This document shows positions 38,742 through 52,200 of a stretch of 64,000 nucleotides of DNA, one piece after another. The DNA comes from Catajapyx aquilonaris (taxonomy: Eukaryota), in the NCBI GenBank assembly GCA_000934665.2, contig KZ538057.1, forward strand, positions 1-64,000. Reading direction: 5' to 3'. The translations under genes and the position numbers were made by a program. The notes beneath the pieces are model-generated. The model saw only the letters and a program-made list of their open reading frames with translations, was not told the origin of the DNA and searched no databases. Every line of letters begins with the position of its first letter. The first letter of the stretch is position 1.

Positions 38742-41700
38742 TTAATCCACTTTGACCACACTGTAGATCTTGCGAACAAACCAGAAGCAGGCAAAGAATC
38801 CAATGGAACCTGCAGGATAAAAAGATATTGTTAAATGTGTCTGCATATTTGTGCAAAACAGTAGCATACCAGTGAGCAGGAAGAAGAGGAAAACCATAAT
38901 GAAGGTGTAACCAAAGTAGAGAAAGGTAGACGTCATGTCCTCGATGTTCAGCTTGGTGGCAAAATAGTGGACGCAGTAAATGAAGAGGTAGAAGGCAGTG
39001 AAGCCACTTGTCAGGAAGCTTCTCCACCACCAATGATAGTCCTGTAGAGATAATTATATTGTAATTTTAAACATAACTCCCAGTACTAATAACTCATAAC
39101 TTCCTCCATTAAATTGGTTGTTGCAATTACGTCAAATATGCCATAACAAATATGCCATAACAAAAAGGGTGGAGAGTGTAGAATTTGTTGCTAATATTGG
39201 AGCAGACACTCAAATGCAAAAGCTTAAGGAAAATGTGAAAGTACCATGTAACTTGACAACATCATATGGCAATTACCGCTAATCTTGCTTGTGACTGGCA
39301 CAGAAATATGCACAGTAAAAACTTTCAAAATATTACCTCAGCACACAAGTGGAAATAGCAGAGAAGGATAGTGGTCTCCGAGCAGGTGATAAGGAGGATG
39401 ACAAACACCAGAAACAGGAAACCAAACATGTAGTACATTTGACTTGACCTGAAAAAGAAAATATGGTAACCAAGTGCCAAGGAGCTAAGACTCTCTTTCC
39501 ACTACAACAGCACTAACCAAATGGAGTTGAGGATAAAAAACAGCTGTATGAAGATGCATCCAAAAGGCAACACCCCTCCCATGATAATCCCTGGAATTGG
39601 TTGGGTGTAGACACTTTGCTCTGGGATCTGCCTTGGAATTTGATTGGTACGGACTGGATGCTCAATGGACTGCAAGGAAATTAAGAATGCATCAGAAATC
39701 AGTTGAGTACACCCTGTCAACTGACACTCACCCTCTTCTTGAAGCCAAAGTATGCACCAACAAAGGTGAGTGGCACAGAGATCCCAAACCACAGAGCCAG
39801 CAGTGCCAGCAGGGTGGTGAAAGGTATAGCTGCTGAGCTGCCATATGCCCACATGATCATGTTCATTACAAAGAACAAAGAGAATACCACCCTGTTTTGG
39901 TGCAGGGAGAAACAAAAATGTCATCAGATGTTCATAATAATTATCAAGTCCAGTAATTGCAAATGACGCCTACCCTGGGCAGAGCATGGACGTGAGCAAA
40001 ACATTCGACTTCCACTTCTCACCCCCAAAGCTCTTGTATATCCTTGCAGCCACATACCCAGCAGGAGTGCCTAGGCACACATACAGTACCATGGCACATG
40101 TCATCAGAGCCCCTCGGTTGGCAGGAGACAGGAAACCCAAGCAAGCAAATGCTGCAAATAAAGATCAATACTGATTTAATTTTTTGTCACGGTCATAATT
40201 TGCTATTGTTCCTCTTAACTGAATAAATAAATCTATCAAATACAGTAAAACTTCCATAAGTCGAACTTCCCTAAGTCGAAGTTCGCTATAAGTCGAATAA
40301 AATTACGAGTTTGGTTGGTCACATGTAAAATAATCGGGAATACACTTCCCTAACTCAAATTTCTATGACTCAAAAGTGCTGGCAGGGCTTTACGATGGGA
40401 TGTCAATGCATTTTCAGTCTCCCTAAGGCGAAGTTCATGTTGGCGAGTACGGAAAATTTTCTCATTTCCCAGCCGAAGGGTCGAGAGTAGGCCACATGTA
40501 CAGAAAGGCTCAATTTCCTGATCTCTGAAAAGTGTTTGACTCGATGGTGACAATTTAATCCTTGAATCTAAGAGTACCGTAGGCAAATGTCCATAATGGA
40601 GATTTTCTTTTACAACAAAACAATGAGGAACATTGTAAGTGTGATAGTGACAGTTATTTTTAAGTTCTGAACACCTTTCGTCGCTGTACATAAAGGTAGG
40701 CGGCCCCTACTTATGTGCTTAAAAAAGTCCAAACTTCTCTAACTCGAATCTTCTATAACTCGAAGTTTTTTCTCGGTCCCATGGAGATTCGACTTATAGA
40801 AGTTTTACTGTAGTATTCTTGAATATCAGTCTGCAGTTGTAACTTATTCAATTTAGTTTCAAAAAAATTAATGAGACATCAATTGTTACCCGCATATTCC
40901 ATTCCGATCTGAAGTGGCAATATGAATGAAACACCTGGCCTTGTATTCACATGCATATGTGTGAAGACATCTGGTGATACACATGCGGAACACGTGGCAT
41001 TATAACCGACTCTCAACTTATCCACAAGTTAGTAAAATAAGGTCACACACAGCAAACATATCTGACACAAAATTAAATACCCTACAAACTCTTAATCCAT
41101 GTAACATCTCATGCTCAACATCAGGAACCAAGGGTTTTTAGTTATGCAGTATTACTTGTGCGCTTCCACGCTTCCTCACTCACCTAGGGTAATGAGAGTC
41201 ATGAAGAATACTTGTACTCCTGAACCCAAGAAGACTGACAACAACATCCCTTTTCTAGGTGGTCTGAAGACATCACCATGGACAAGTTTCCATCCAAACT
41301 CCTCCTGAGCATCCTCTCCAGAATCAATCTGTAAACATTATAAAATACATGTTATCAGCACCAGTTTTGCAAGGCTCGCCAGCAAAAGAGTTTCCACCTG
41401 GTTGTATCTGGCAATGTCCTTGTGCAGGGTCCTAAGCAAGATCATGGCTACCATTCCCGAGAGGAAGAGGACAATGACAAGCGAGTTAAGAATGCTGAAC
41501 CACTGAATGTTGGTGTGGGGCATGGACTCCAAAATATAGTCCCAGCGGCTGGACCATTTCACGTCATTCCTCTCCTCAAAGCGAACTGAATAAGTGTAGG
41601 TGATTGTCCGGGCCTCCCCAGATGCCAGGTCTTTTCCGGGGATGGCCATGGCTTCTTCATCTGTCTTATCATTGCAGTTTGGTGCCCCGGCAGTAGCATG

Positions 41701-44700
41701 CTTGAAACTGCGGGGTTCCACCTTCACAGCTATGAAGGTAAAAAGTCAGTCACTAGTGGCATTGCCCAGAACGAGCTTAAAGAGAGCACAGTGAATGCAA
41801 CTTCATTACAGAATGACCTGACATGCTGCATATTTTTGCATGTGCAAGTCTTCTCAACAGATAATAATTATTTGAAAGAGATTTTTTCATATAAAATCTG
41901 AAAACCTACAAACAATCCGTCCGGCTGAACTGCCCAAGTTGCCCCACTCCTCTCCTGCTCCGCTATGAAAGCCAATGGTGAGATCAACATGATTGAAGAA
42001 GTAGTATGTGTCTGGAACTTTGAAGCGATGCTGTAAGAGAAAATTTGGATCAAGTTAGTTGTACTCCAACACATTCACCATCAATGTCATTACTACAAAA
42101 CTTCCCGATTCAACACCTGCCTGCCTACTTCAAGACTTAGAAATTTGTGTGAATCAGACAAATCTCCATTATGAAATGTAAATCTGAATCACAGTACTAA
42201 AATAGCATCATGGATTTGCACTTACATCAATAACACAAGCTCCTTGAGGCTTCCCGTGAGTATCAACATAGCACCCGACAGGAAATCCTCGACTGCAGTA
42301 TGGAAGGTTGTCTTCCACAGCATAACACCATGTGATAGGCATATTGTCCATGATCCAGTGGTGCTGATAGTTAAGCCCTATGGCCCACTTGAGCATGCGC
42401 AATTTCTTCATGCTCTCATCATTCCCACCTGTGTATGTCTTGCTGCATACTGCCTTGCACTCCTCATTAGTGTCAAAGGTCACCTTATAGGGGGATGGCC
42501 GAATTCGCTCCCCAAATACAACCTGGCCAAGATTCTCCACAGGTGAGTCCTGCTCACTTGGCGGGGTGCAAAAGTCAAAGCTATATGGAAACAGAAAAAA
42601 AGCATTACATGACTGCCCACCAAAATGAGTAGATTTAATGAGCCACTATGTTCTTGCATGCAAAACTACACTTGAACATTATTTTCCAGGAAAGACTGGA
42701 ATGCTTACAAATTTATGTAGCAACTGTACCATGACATGAAGTAAGCAACACAATAACTTGCGAATTGCGATAAAATGCCAAGTAGTAACAGCACACCTTG
42801 AACAGTCATTACAAGCGAGTCAAGAAATAGATCTGCATATGAAATGACACATGGGAGTGCTTCAGTGTGAAATTGGTAACTCAATAGATTAATTATATTT
42901 GTAATGTAGGGTATCTTATGTTACCCCCTTAGCCTATCATCAACCTATGAGTATGAGTAGGACAGGAAGAACAAAGTGTAACAGCTGATAAGATTGAACG
43001 GAAGTCCATTACTCACATAAATGTGTAATAACGGGTAAATGGTGTTAAGTTTCTCAAATTAAATTGACCTCCCAGCCTTGTTGATTGCATTGTGCATACC
43101 ACTGCTCAAAAACACTGGTTTAACAAATACCGTAATAAAAATGGCCTGTTTAATTAAGATTGTCTTCATTGGAACACTGCAGGGAAGGGTTGCATTGGAG
43201 CATGTATGTTCAGTATTTCTGATTAATATTTGTTAGGGTAAAGAATACCAACTTGAATCAGTCGAGTCCACAATATTTCAACTGACAGGGATGTAGGCTA
43301 ATTTATGAAAGCCAGGGTATGTAGATTCTTCTAATAAGTCCTTGGTGTCACAGCGGTTGACAAACCAAACGTAAAAATTTTAACTGACTGCTTCTCTAAA
43401 CCTATTGCCACTTCCTTTACATGTGACTTCCATTCCTGATTGTGTAGCTTACCAACCTTCACGTAACCCTAAACCTTGTCCCTGGCTGTCTTTGAAATGT
43501 AACAAGTCTTTATATTTTTAGACTATTTAGAAGGTTCAATGTGAGGTTCTTGTGACGTGGTCTCATCCTACCTCTTGGGTGTAACTCACTGTACAGATCA
43601 TTAGTGTAAACTACAACTCGTCAGATAATGTGCTTTCTAGGGCAAAGCAAGATTAGTATTTTATTTTTACATCTCCTAGGACCTAGGATAATGTAAACAG
43701 AAACCCTCGACTGGATAAGGTCTGTTCCCACAGCTTAAGTGCAGGTCATATTTATTTTTCCTGTGGAACTTGTTAAGGCTGTAGGCTATTTCACTAATTG
43801 AGAGGCGCAGTGGCCAAGATGGTAACGTCTCGGCTTGCTGTGCAGAAGGTCCCGGGTTTGAACCATGTCTGGGAGTTCCCTTTCACCTGCATCAGGAACT
43901 CTCTCTGACTCGTGCCTTGGAGGCATCTGGCAACCTAACCTCCAGGGAGACCGCACGATCCCACAGCATGACATTGCACTTGCACCTGTGTCTCCTCCCC
44001 AATAATCCCTATCCCTACCTCACGTCTTTTCTTCCCTGCACAGTGATGAAGAAAAATATAGAAAATTGAATGAAATGGTGGTGTTCCACCTCCCTTCATA
44101 TAGGTCATGTACAGTACCGGACATAATAGCATATCATGAATTAATGTAAACAACGGCTTTGGCATTACCTGGCAACCAGGCATGTTCGGACATCGGCATG
44201 TGGAGAGCGCTTAGCATTCTTTCTACTGTTGCCACTGATTACAGGTAGCGGTTGATGCTGGGCGACCTAGAGACGGGTGTGCATGCTTACTAATGTATGG
44301 CATCGGAATAAGCGAGTGGAGGGGATATTATTTTGAGAAGGTGCTTTATTTTTATCCCACTATCATCACTTTCCTGCATGAGTCAGGATGGAGGTACTGA
44401 ATGATCGGGAAGAAATGCTCTATGCTCTTGTCTGAAATGTTAGATTTCTTCATCTTGTGAGGTTCAGGTCTGACTCTCTGAATGTTTTGAGAATAACTGA
44501 TTTATTTCCCAGTCATGATCTACAACAACATAGTACCACCAGACATAACAACCAACTACTGGAACATCCCTCTCATCTCTCCGGCCATTCTGTAACTCCA
44601 TCATTGTGGGAAGTGACGATAGTGTGATAATAACAAAGCGCCTTCTCAAAATAATATCCCCTCCGCCCGCTTATTCCGATGACAGGCATTAGTAAACATG

Positions 44701-46337
44701 CACACTCGTCGCTAGGTCGCCCAGCAGCAATTGCTACCTCTAAACAATGGCAACAATAAAGAGAACGCTAAGCACTCTCCGCATGCCGATGTCCGGACAC
44801 GCCCGGTTGTCAGGTAACGCCAAAGGCGTTCCTTACATTTATATTCTATTATGTCTGGTACTGTGCCTGCCAGGAGGGAAAACAGATTTAAAAAGAAAGA
44901 AAAAAAAGAGCCTATGTCACTAATTCAGCAGCAAATTAGTTGGACTTGGAATGGGCAGTTATGGTTTGAAACTTTAAAAATTCTACTGCGTCTCATGACA
45001 GCAATGTTAAACTTGGATGCTGTCAAATTGAACATTTTATATTATTGTCACAGTGTAGGCACTTGCCATTAAGGCGGTGCATTAGCAAAAATACGGTAGC
45101 CGCAAGCTTTGAGGGAACTCTATTTTTTTGTGGTGAAACGCGATGTTACTCTGAAAAAACACAAACTTGGCGCCCTGTGCAAAGGTTTGGCATTTACAAT
45201 GATAGTATATTCGACATGATTGCATTGAAATTGTGGACATACGGCCACAGAAAAGTGTCTAATTTTCACGCGATTCTGTCCGCCATGTTAATCACTTCAA
45301 CCTTCACTTCTAGGCAGAAAATGGAAAAAAGACGAACTAGGTGCCCTGCGCCAGATCATCTACTATTTTTTGGTGCAATTTCTGTGTCGATTGAACCATT
45401 TTTGCGGCCGTACGTCCACAGAAATGTAGACACGTCGAACCACCATATGCTGCCTAGGAGCCGTCCATAATCCACGCGGACATGTTTTGTCACTTTTTTA
45501 CCACCACCACCACCCCCCACCCCTCCCCTCACTGTTGCAGACAGAAGCAGACAATATCTTACCTCTCCCTCTAAAAACTTCACAGGCATGGCCTCCTTGA
45601 TCCCCCCCCCCTCTCCCCCGCCCCCCTCCGCCACACTGAAACTGTCATTTTCTATACATTGGTATTTTTATTTTCTTATATCTACACACAAATTTCTTTT
45701 TTCAGAGGTATCACGGTATATTTTACGGGCCTGACAAAAAATCGGCCAAGTCCTTAATATTAATTGGACGTTTATTGTCCGCGCGTACAACAGACTTCTA
45801 CCCCCACCCCCCTGTATGGACAAACGGGGACAAAACGTAACCCCTCCCATTCACTTGTCCGCGCGGATTATGGGTGGATTATGGACCGCCCCCTACGCAT
45901 AAGCGAGTTTCTTTAGGTCATTGCCAAGGACTTCATTGTTACTGTATTTTTTTTGCTACTGCGCCACCTTAAACTTCAATAAGCTATTAGATGCTGCCAA
46001 ATAGAACGTTTTATATTATTGACGGTAATTGACACAGTGTATGCATTTGACGTTAATCTAAAGTAGGTGCGCATGGTGGGTTGGGCTGGTCATACTCACT
46101 GGTGGTACTCGTACGGAATGACGCTCTGCTCCGAGTTGAGCCTGTTGACGTACAGCGGAATCTCCTTCTGCAAAAGAGACAACATGTCAGCCCCATTCCA
46201 TGCATCGCACGAGTCCACCTGTGCCTCACCTTGCATGCCTCATTCTGCGGTTCCTTGCAGTAGTTCACAGGGGCCAGACCAGGCAGATAGAACCCAGAGC
46301 ACAGCCCAATCAATCCAAGCAGCACCACCCCCCTCAT
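38742..46337 (-). CDS. TM9SF2: Transmembrane 9 superfamily member 2 (nonaspanin)
   Basis: 12 phase-consistent exons: 46230-46337, 46100-46167, 42226-42580, 41910-42030, 41398-41729, 41184-41328, 39974-40151, 39732-39891, 39518-39669, 39337-39448, 38870-39041, 38742-38809. Motifs [64 protein letters not shown] and C-terminal KIYSVVKVD. Confidence 0.95.
40243..40810. mobile_element. pogo/Tigger-like MITE (568 bp) in a TM9SF2 intron
   Basis: TA|CAGTAAAACTTC(C/T)ATAAGTCGAA inverted termini with TA on both sides; repeated subterminal TAAGTCGAA/TAACTCGAA motifs. Confidence 0.85.
43803..44000 (+). mobile_element. tRNA-derived SINE (degenerate)
   Basis: A-box TGGCCAAGATGG and B-box GGTTTGAACC at tRNA-like spacing. 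No intact acceptor stem; the 3' end is approximate. Confidence 0.6.
44112..44863. mobile_element. Tc1/mariner-type foldback MITE with ~230-bp diverged inverted arms
   Basis: TA|CAGTACC(G/A)GACATAATAG termini. 44112-~44347 is reverse-complementary, with mismatches, to ~44635-44863. Confidence 0.85.
45457..45893. mobile_element. PIF/Harbinger-like MITE
   Basis: GG(A/G)GC(C/G)GTCCATAATCCAC...GCGGACA inverted termini with a C-rich interior. Confidence 0.65.
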
Positions 46338-46878
46338 CCTGTCTGCGTGTTCCAAATACAAGCCTGGTTCCACTCTCAGGTTGCTCTGTCCCCCCCTTTC
46401 CCAAGGCAAGAGATCAGCAGCGAGGATCCATGTTCCCCACTGAAGTGATTGCAATGTACGAGAGGGGGTTTGGCGCAGACACGTCACGAAGCGGGTGATG
46501 TAGTTCGCCGGAGAATATTATCATCGAACAGGACACGAATCGCATCGCCGCTCTTTGGAATCAACCGTAATGTTACACCCCCCCCCTTGCACAACAAATA
46601 GCGTGTTAGCCCGTCCCACAAACGAAGATGGCGAATTAAATAAACAAGTGACGATCTGGCCAACTTGCACCAGCGGGAAATTTTAAATGCATTTAAAGCC
46701 ACCTTTTGAGTAATCGAAGTTTTGTAGACGCGGCGGACGCTGTGTTCCAATTCTAATGATGATGATCCACTTTGATGGTTGCGTCCTTTTCGAGGGGGCG
46801 AGGAGGATAATTCGGGTGAATTCCTGCAGGGGGTTCTGGTGGGTTAATGGCGGCGCCCCTGGCTGTCCTCAGCAGGAG
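46338..46878. promoter_or_regulatory. Putative bidirectional promoter between TM9SF2 and RYK
   Basis: Divergent start codons only 541 bp apart; CpG-rich. Confidence 0.6.
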
Positions 46879-49214
46879 ATGTCTTTGTTTGTGGGGCTGC
46901 TCGTTTCGGTAGTCGCCTTGTCTCTGGTGGGACGGAGTCGGGCCAGCCTCAACTTTTATATCGATGAGAGTGAAGTCAAGATGCTTTTGGGTATGACGCA
47001 CCACCTTTTTGTGTCAGCCATACACAAATGGCACTGAGCGGAGAACCCATAGTGTGTCTCAGATTTAAGTGGCAGTTTAATCATGCAAATGATCAAGTAA
47101 TAGAGCAAACAATGGATAGAGAAAATCAGCAATTTTACTAGGATACCGGTGACACATGAATGCTCCACAAACATTCAGGAACCCTCAAGTGACTGCATTT
47201 TTGTCAAATTTTCAATTTGTTAAAATGTCAATATGTGGCAATAGACCTATTTAGCAGTAAGTAAGAAGCTATCAATTTTTCAGGCATACCAGCTGAGCTG
47301 TACTATGTACGTGATGGAGTGGTGAATGAATATGCAACACGCTTCATGATTGTCATCCCGTCTGATGTTAACCAGGTTCATTTCACCTGGGAAAACAGCC
47401 ATGACGAACCTGTAAGAGTTAGGGGTGATTGAGTACGTACTTATCTGGTTGTAAATGTCAATTTTTCTGCGAATTTATAGATGCCATACACGTTGGGCAC
47501 CACCATAAGCAACCCACACATATTGAGTGCGCCGGAGCTCAATATATCTAAGGAAGGGTTGATCCCCTCCCAACGACAAGTCTTCCACATTTTGCTACAA
47601 TGCACAGGTACTGCAACTGCTCATGTTGACCTCAGTTTGGTGCTCAACGTGACTCTTGACCCAACTGGGTCTAAGGTAACTTCGTTGGTGTTGCCCCGGC
47701 GGAAAATATGCCTTGGTGAGGAATTACATTTACACATCCAGATTAAATTGTATGGGCCATGTTAACTCATCTGAAATTTAAACCGCAGGTGCAGATATTC
47801 TTCAGCCATCTGGCCCAGTTCCTGAGGGCCACTCCAACTTGTTCTACATTGCTGTCGTGTGTGGGAGCATTGCTGTGGTAGCAATCTTGACAGCAGCCAT
47901 AGTGATGTACACTCGCAGCGAAAAGGCTGAGCAGCCTCATCGTTCCAATGCCCCAACTCCAAGCAGCATACCAGTCTACCTCCCACCTGATTCAGAGGAA
48001 CCCAAGCCACTCCTGGAGGCACCCAGGGCAGACAGCAGCGACACAGACGCTGCCTCCGAGCTCCAGGCCAGGATGGCAGAGGTCCTTGTGCTTAGGGAGA
48101 GAGTCACATTATCAGAAGCCATGCTGCAAGGGACATTTGGTAGAGTTTACTATGGGATGCTGGATGACCAGAAGGTAACTTTCTTTAGCTTATTGGGCAT
48201 GTATTAATGTTTTGGTCATACTTCAAGACATTTCTCTAGTCCCCACTAGGATTAACTCGCATATTCTAACTGAAATGTTTCATAAAACCATCTTTTTTGC
48301 AGGTACTTGTAAAGACAGTGACAGAAAATGCTTCCCCGGTGCAGCTGTCCCTTCTCCTACAAGAGGGCCTTCGCCTGTTTGGACTGAGCCACCGCAACCT
48401 CCTAACAGTTGTGGCAGTGGTGGCAGAGGGCAGTGGACCACCTCTCTTACTGTTCCCTCTCCCAAGCCAGGGAGCCTACAATCTGAAAAAATGGCTGATG
48501 TCCTGCCACCCACCTCCTGAGGGGATGGGTAGAGGAGTATCCACGCAGGAGGTGGTGTCGATGGCCCTCCAGGTTCTCTCTGGGCTCCTCTGCCTGCACA
48601 GATCAGGGCTGCTTCACCGAGATGTCTCCTCCAGAAATTGTGTGGTTGACCACAACCTGAGAGTGAAGCTGGCAGACAATGCTCTCTCCAGGGATCTCTT
48701 TCCCGCAGACTACCACTGCCTAGGAGACAATGAGAACAGGCCTGTCAAATGGCTCGCACTTGAGAGCCTGGCACATCGGAGGTTCAGCACTGCTTCAGAT
48801 GTGGTGAGTGTCGTGCGCGCAGCAGCCATTATTTTTCACGCTGCCCTCACATGATTTGGCATTATTCCATTTGCATTGTGAACAACTGACAACTCAATGA
48901 TTTTCACAGTGGATGTTTGGAGTGCTGCTGTGGGAGTTGGCAACCTTAGCCCAGCAGCCCTACATGGAGGTCGACCCATTTGAGATGGCAACTCACTTGC
49001 GGCAAGGCAACCGCCTTGTGCAACCATTTAACTGCCCTGACCAACTGTGAGTAAGAATGGTGGGTTCAGACTACCTGTAACTAACCCTTATTTTGGTGGC
49101 AGATTCTCGCTGATGATGTACTGTTGGACGGCATCGCCCGAGGACAGGCCAAGGCTGGGCCAACTGGAATTCAGTCTCAGGGAGCTCAGTCATCAACTGG
49201 ACAAGTTTGTCTGA
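46879..49214 (+). CDS. RYK: RYK/Derailed/Doughnut family Wnt receptor tyrosine pseudokinase
   Basis: Exons 46879-46990, 47284-47411, 47481-47715, 47789-48174, 48303-48803, 48910-49046, 49103-49214. Signal peptide, WIF domain (AELYYVRDGVVNEYA, RRKIC), TM, and a kinase-like domain with QGTFGRV, HRDVSSRNC, DNALSRDLFPADYHCLGDNENRPVKWLALESL (DNA in place of DFG). Confidence 0.95.
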
Positions 49215-49297
49215 ATGCTGCCATACAAAAAAAATGCATTTATTTTATTTCATGTGTCATTTGTTTTTTTACATTTGCAATAAAAATTTTACACTAT

Positions 49298-52200
49298 TCA
49301 ACCAATGTTCCCAAATTCAGCTAAAAATTGCAGTCCATCCAACTTGTAAGGAGTGACAACTCGTACATGCTGCCCATCCCTGGTTGTAAATTCAACCGCT
49401 TCAGATTCATCGGCATTGGTATTGTCAGCTTCCAAGCTGGATAAATTTACTTGCTGGTCAGGTGCCACTGACAAAACACTTGCAGTATCCTGAAAAATTG
49501 TCCAAGAAAAGTTAGCCAGCTTCTGCACCATTGCAATGAGGAAGGCATTTTTCTACCTCTGTCAATCCAGGTTGGACGAAGATTTTGGAATCATCCTGGT
49601 GATTAACGTCAGCATCAGTTATGTTCAGTGGCACAGTTTGCCCTTGGGCAGTCACTTCTATTGTGCGTCCATCAGGCATCATTATCTGCAGAAACAACCA
49701 AATTCCATTAGACATAACCTGAAGACAACTGCTGTAACAATGATAAAGTTGCATTAGGATCATCATCATGGGCAACCTTTCCTGTCCCCATGTCACAAGA
49801 GTCATTTCACATGCAATTTAGCAGAAGTTGTGCCAAACATAGGCTGGCTCAGTGACCACCAATTGCTTAACCCTGCTGGTCTGGAAACATTTTCCAGTAG
49901 GCCACCAAATTCCTTCCCCGAGACTGCCCATGAAATGAAAGTGAGGAGTCTGACCTGTATGTGCTCTCCATCAGTCGAGGATATTTGCAGGGGATTTCCT
50001 TCCTCGTCCATGAGCTGGAAGGGTGTCTCTTCTCCTAACAAGGGTGCCAGAGCCAGTGCTCCTTCTGCCGCCTCGCCCTGGATTCCTGCATCAGAAAGAA
50101 GCCCTTCTCCATCTTGGGTTGCACCACCATCATCAACTAAATGGAGGGTTTTAGCTTCTGATGGATCATTTGGATCTTGATAAGTGACGTAAATGACATG
50201 CTGCACCCTATCATTGGCATCTCCTTTATCCATTGCCTCAACATGTGCTTCTGTCCCATCTGGAAGCTGTGTTTGCAGTATCTGCAGCACAGCATTTTCC
50301 ATTGGCAATCCTGCATTGTTAGTGGCGCTCTCTTTGTGTACCCGTCGATGTTTAGTCAGATTCGAACAGTCAGCAAAGCTTTTCCCACACACATCACATA
50401 TGTATGGCTTCTCTCCTGTATGCAGGCGGGTGTGTTTTTTAAGAGCCCACTGTTCCGTGAAACCTCGTCCACAGCAAGTGCATTCGTATGGTCGTTCACC
50501 GCGGTGGCGTCTCACATGGCACTTCCAGGTGTCCTTGTGCAGGAAGCTCTTGTGACAAAACTCACATTGCCAGGGCCTCTCACCTGTGTGGCGCTTAACA
50601 TGCAGCTTGTACTGGGAAGAAGTGGTAAAGCAGCGACCACACGACTCACACGTGAAGGGTTTCACACCCGTATGGATGCGGAGGTGCTCCTGTAAGTTGC
50701 CATTCTGGCTGAAGCGTTTGCTGCAAAACTCGCAGGAATAAGGCTTGTCACCTGTAGATAAAGTACACTTTGTAAATTGCACAGCCTAAAATACCACTGC
50801 ACATAAAATAAGTTCTTCAAGTAATAAAATGTTACGTGTCAGGTGTCTAAAGGTTCGTAGCAAAAAGTCTCATTATGACACATTCTTCTGGAGAAGTGTT
50901 CAACCAGATGAGATGAGGGATAGGCTCAGGAGGGGATTCGGACGAGTTGGATTCACATTCACTGTAACTGGGATATCCAAAACAAGGCAACGGGATAAGC
51001 AGTAATTTCCAAACGTTCGGCTTTAGAATCTGAATTTACATCGACTAGTCTTACACGCTGTAGTCCTCACCTGTGTGCCATCTGTAATGCAGATTGAGGC
51101 TTGTCTTGTGCCCAAACTGCTGTCCACAAAGGTTGCAGAAGTACTTCTTCTCCCCTGTATGTGTGAGCTGGTGGTTGAGCAGGTTTGCCCTAGTCTTGAA
51201 TGAACCTTCACAGAGTTTGCAACTGTACGGGCGGACGTCAGTGTGGACCAGTTGGTGCCTGTGCAACAGTTGCTTGTGCTTGAAGCCTTTTCCACATTTG
51301 TTGCAGATAAAGCGCCGACCATCATTGTGCTCAGTATCCTTGTGGTAAGTGACTGAACTAGGATGGCTGAAGGTTTTCTGACACAGATCACACGAATAGT
51401 CCTGCTTCTCTCCCTTCTCCAACACCTCTGCATGGGTTACCATATGGGCCTTCAGACTGTTCTGGTACGAAAAATGTTTCCCACACACATCACATGAGAA
51501 TGGCTTCTGACCCTCGTGTACTGCTCTGATGTGGATCTGTGAACATATTCAGATTTTTGAAATTTAATGGAATAGAAAACTTCCAAGTTGAGTTAAGCAT
51601 ATTGGTAGATACAGCATACAACACAACAAAGGTCACATTTCCCGAGAGGAGGAATGAAACCTGAGTTGCACATAGCTTTTCAGTCAGAGATGGGATAAAG
51701 AGAATTTGAGCTGGGAATTGGACACAGTATTTAAATGCCAATTACCTCCAATGTTTGCTTGGAGAGGAAAGTCCTGTCACACAAATCACAAGACAAACGG
51801 CTGCTGTCAGTTGCACCTTCATTACTGCCTTCTGTAATTGTTTCCATAATACCTTCTCCAGCATGTCCAGTACTCTTTTGATGCTCTTCCAGCAAAGCCT
51901 TCTCATCAAATTGTTCATTGCAATCATTGCAGATAAACAATACACGTTGGTGCACATTCCTGGATTCAAAATGCTCAGTCAGCGCTTACATTAACTTTGG
52001 ACATTGCTCAACTTACCTGTGCATCAGATATCTACCCTTGTGTATGAAGCCCTTCTTGCACACTTCACACACGTAATGCACTTTCTTCCGCCTTGATCTC
52101 TGCTGCGATTTCTCCTTATTTACTGTAACCAGCTGTCCCATGTCACATCCTTCAGCTGTTTCCAAATGTCCAATAACAATATTATCTGCAATAAATGAGA

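Noticed and set aside
43803..43875. tRNA-like sequence
   Set aside because: A and B boxes are present but the stems do not close; it is better explained as a SINE head.
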